From Desulfatiglandales bacterium (GTDB lineage Bacteria; Desulfobacterota; DSM-4660; Desulfatiglandales; Desulfatiglandaceae), in the NCBI GenBank assembly GCA_963666345.1, contig OY762721.1, positions 3,552,001-3,616,000 of the forward strand: 64,000 nucleotides of DNA, in the 5' to 3' direction. Below the pieces are notes generated by a model, which was given only the letters and a program-made list of their open reading frames with translations, was not told the origin of the DNA and did no database searches. Of this stretch, positions 61,861 through 64,000 are shown piece after piece. Position 1 is the stretch's first letter; each line of letters starts with the position of its first letter. A program made the translations under genes and the position numbers.

Positions 61861-62397
61861 ATGGAAAATAAAAAAGGCTTTAAACGGAAAGCTTCGTCAA
61901 TTATAGCCAAATTAACATTTTCACAGATTGAAATAGTATTTTTATATATCGCTGGGACTGGAATACTATTCTCTATGTGCTTGACAACCTCGGACGTATT
62001 CGGGCGCTATGCATTACGGAAGCCAATTATAGGGACAGTTGAGATTACTGAATTATTACTCGTGATAATTATTTATTTTGCAGTGGCGAATACTGAAATG
62101 TCAGGTACTCATATTAGTATGTCAGCTATTCCAGAGATGCTTAAAAGAAAAGAAAAGATGAAACTATATCATGCAATTGAAATATTCAATTTTGTTTTTC
62201 CGCTCTTTATATTTATATTGGCATGCGGATTATTCATATTGTCGAGTTATAATGCGTATGTGAGTAATGAAGCAAGTTTTGGTCCATTATATATAAGATA
62301 TTGGCCGCTGAAATTGATAATAGCAATTGGATTTGGATCTCTTTGTATTAGATTGACATTAAAAATAATAGGCCATATCAAGGAACTGACGAAATGA
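61861..62397 (+). CDS. dctQ: TRAP small permease
   Basis: DVFGRY..PI.G..EITE, HISM; RBS AAGGAG before 61861. Confidence 0.88.
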   Translation: MENKKGFKRKASSIIAKLTFSQIEIVFLYIAGTGILFSMCLTTSDVFGRYALRKPIIGTVEITELLLVIIIYFAVANTEMSGTHISMSAIPEMLKRKEKMKLYHAIEIFNFVFPLFIFILACGLFILSSYNAYVSNEASFGPLYIRYWPLKLIIAIGFGSLCIRLTLKIIGHIKELTK

Positions 62398-62555
62398 CAT
62401 AATAGGTTCAATAGAAATAAGGTTGTTGTATTGCCGGATTAAAGATGGATCCGAATGTGGACCTTTCAAATGCGGTAAAACGATATTGCGATCGATAAAG
62501 ATGGCGGATATTGTTTAAATAAATAAACTGAATATTGTGGAGGCAACCAATCGTT

Positions 62556-63848
62556 ATGGATCCAATAATTATTGGCCTTATAGGAGTGGCAATATTTCTT
62601 TTATTGATATTTACTGGCGCTCGAATCGCTTATGCTGGCTTTGCTGCCGGGTTCATAGGATTGATCTGCTTGTATGGTTGGGAGCCTTCTATAGCAATAC
62701 TTAGTGCACAGCCTTTCGCGAAAAGTATAACCTATGGATTATCTGTTATTCCACTTTTTGTTTTGATGGGATATTTTGGATACTATGCCGCTGTTGGAGA
62801 AGAGATATTTAATGCTGCCCAGCACTGGATTGGGGCACTTAGAGGTGGACTTGCAATGGCTACGACCATTGCAAGTGCCTTTTTTGGTGCTATTTCAGGA
62901 TCAAGCACTGCTGCAGCCGCAATGTTTTCGAAATTAGCAATTCCTGAAATGGCAAAATATAAGTACAACAAAAGACTTTCATTGGGGACTGTAGCTGCTA
63001 GCGGTACTTTGGCTACCCTTATTCCACCTAGTACTAATATTGTAATTTATGGTTCATTGACAGAGCAATCTATTGGCATGCTTCTTATTGCAGGCATTAT
63101 ACCCGGGGTGGTTTCAAGCATTTTGTATTGTGCCATGATTTACATCAGGTGCGTGATAAATCCCAAACTAGGACCAGCTGGCCCTAGGACTCCTATCAAA
63201 GCAAAAATAAGTTCTCTAAAGCCGTTATGGGCAGTAATAGTTGTTTTTATTGCTGTAATTGGTGGACTTTATTTCGGTGTTTTTACCCCCACTGAGGCTG
63301 GAGCGGTTGGGGCAGCTGCAGTTCTTATCATTGCTGTAGCAAGGCGAAAGCTTAATATATCAAATGCAAAAAAAGCCGTTTTAGAAACAGCTCGAGTTTC
63401 ATGTATGATATTTTTTGTAATAATTGGAATAAGTATGTTTACTACCTTAGTAGTTGCTACTGGGGTAACTGAAATAATGGTCACATACGCTTTAACATTG
63501 CCACCATATCTATTACTTACTGGAATATTATGCATATACGTCATTTTCGGATGCTTTATTGGTGTGCTTGGAATGTTAGTAACTACAATTCCGTTTGTTT
63601 ATCCAGTTGTGATTGCAGCCGGCTTCGATCCGATATGGTTTGGTATTATAATTATAAAGCTTTGTGAGGTTGCGATGATTACCCCTCCGATTGGGATAAA
63701 TGCTTTTGTTACGAGCAATGTTACAGGCGAGCCAGTTGAGACAGTTTTTAGAAGTATTATTCCTTTCTTCATAATTGATATTTTGACTATTGCTGTATTA
63801 ATAGCATTTCCACAAATCATTCTTTTTCTGCCAAATCATGCCGGCTAA
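62556..63848 (+). CDS. dctM: TRAP large permease
   Basis: GTLATLIPPS, FTPTEAG, ITPPIG. Confidence 0.93.
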   Translation: MDPIIIGLIGVAIFLLLIFTGARIAYAGFAAGFIGLICLYGWEPSIAILSAQPFAKSITYGLSVIPLFVLMGYFGYYAAVGEEIFNAAQHWIGALRGGLAMATTIASAFFGAISGSSTAAAAMFSKLAIPEMAKYKYNKRLSLGTVAASGTLATLIPPSTNIVIYGSLTEQSIGMLLIAGIIPGVVSSILYCAMIYIRCVINPKLGPAGPRTPIKAKISSLKPLWAVIVVFIAVIGGLYFGVFTPTEAGAVGAAAVLIIAVARRKLNISNAKKAVLETARVSCMIFFVIIGISMFTTLVVATGVTEIMVTYALTLPPYLLLTGILCIYVIFGCFIGVLGMLVTTIPFVYPVVIAAGFDPIWFGIIIIKLCEVAMITPPIGINAFVTSNVTGEPVETVFRSIIPFFIIDILTIAVLIAFPQIILFLPNHAG

Positions 63849-63972
63849 CTAATCATGAATAGAACTTAAAAAGGGTTTATATGAAAAACGAATATTATTA
63901 ATTGATACTTAATAACTAAGAGGTGAAAATGTAATTATTGTACTGTTAATATATCAAACAAGGAGAAAACAA

Positions 63973-64000
63973 ATGATATTGGAAAACAAAGTAGCGATTG
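63973..64000 (+). CDS. Start of a probable short-chain dehydrogenase (runs off the window)
   Basis: RBS AGGAG then MILENKVAI, a typical SDR N-terminus; only 9 codons visible. Confidence 0.5.

Larger units (their letters stand above)
7457..64000. mobile_element. Composite genomic island at tRNA-Arg (right end not seen)
   Basis: Integrase and excisionase next to the tRNA 3' end, visible shift to AT-richer DNA, IS elements, defence-like and catabolic cargo; no second tRNA 3' copy noticed; whether 46-64 kb belongs to it is uncertain. Confidence 0.65.

Overview
Bacterial chromosome window, Deltaproteobacteria/Desulfobacterota-like by gene content (inference). Bases 1-7.3 kb are GC-richer housekeeping DNA: ABC-F ATPase, DUF1998 helicase fused to an exonuclease, YkgJ, ComF and RfaE-II. 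A tRNA-Arg(ACG) at 7380-7456 is followed by an AT-richer composite island with a tyrosine integrase and a truncated excisionase; no second att copy was seen, so the island may extend past the window. The island holds three near-identical IS21 copies (none with a target duplication), an IS21 remnant, an IS4 with a clean 6-bp target duplication, and two sister satellite-like backbones (repeat-rich region, IHF gene, putative origin, broken rep). Cargo: a GntR/M24/TRAP/MFS block; a WYL regulator divergent from a ClpP-like protease and a tandem AAA ATPase, plus Tat-exported, MraZ-like and UDG-like genes; a GEMM-I riboswitch ahead of a secreted C10 protease; an unannotated structured RNA candidate with two paralogous micro-ORFs; a BglII-like/Nudix/SRA-HNH module; two HNH paralogues; and an anaerobic catabolic cluster (OYE, fixBCXA, BKACE, AOR, TRAP). 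Top leads: (1) the WYL-ClpP-AAA module, which sits in a ~6.1 kb cassette bounded by a 15-bp direct repeat whose apparently empty site is visible at 43.37 kb; (2) structure-conserved intergenic hairpins and an ncRNA candidate at 31-35.5 kb. All calls are by eye from motifs; no searches were run.
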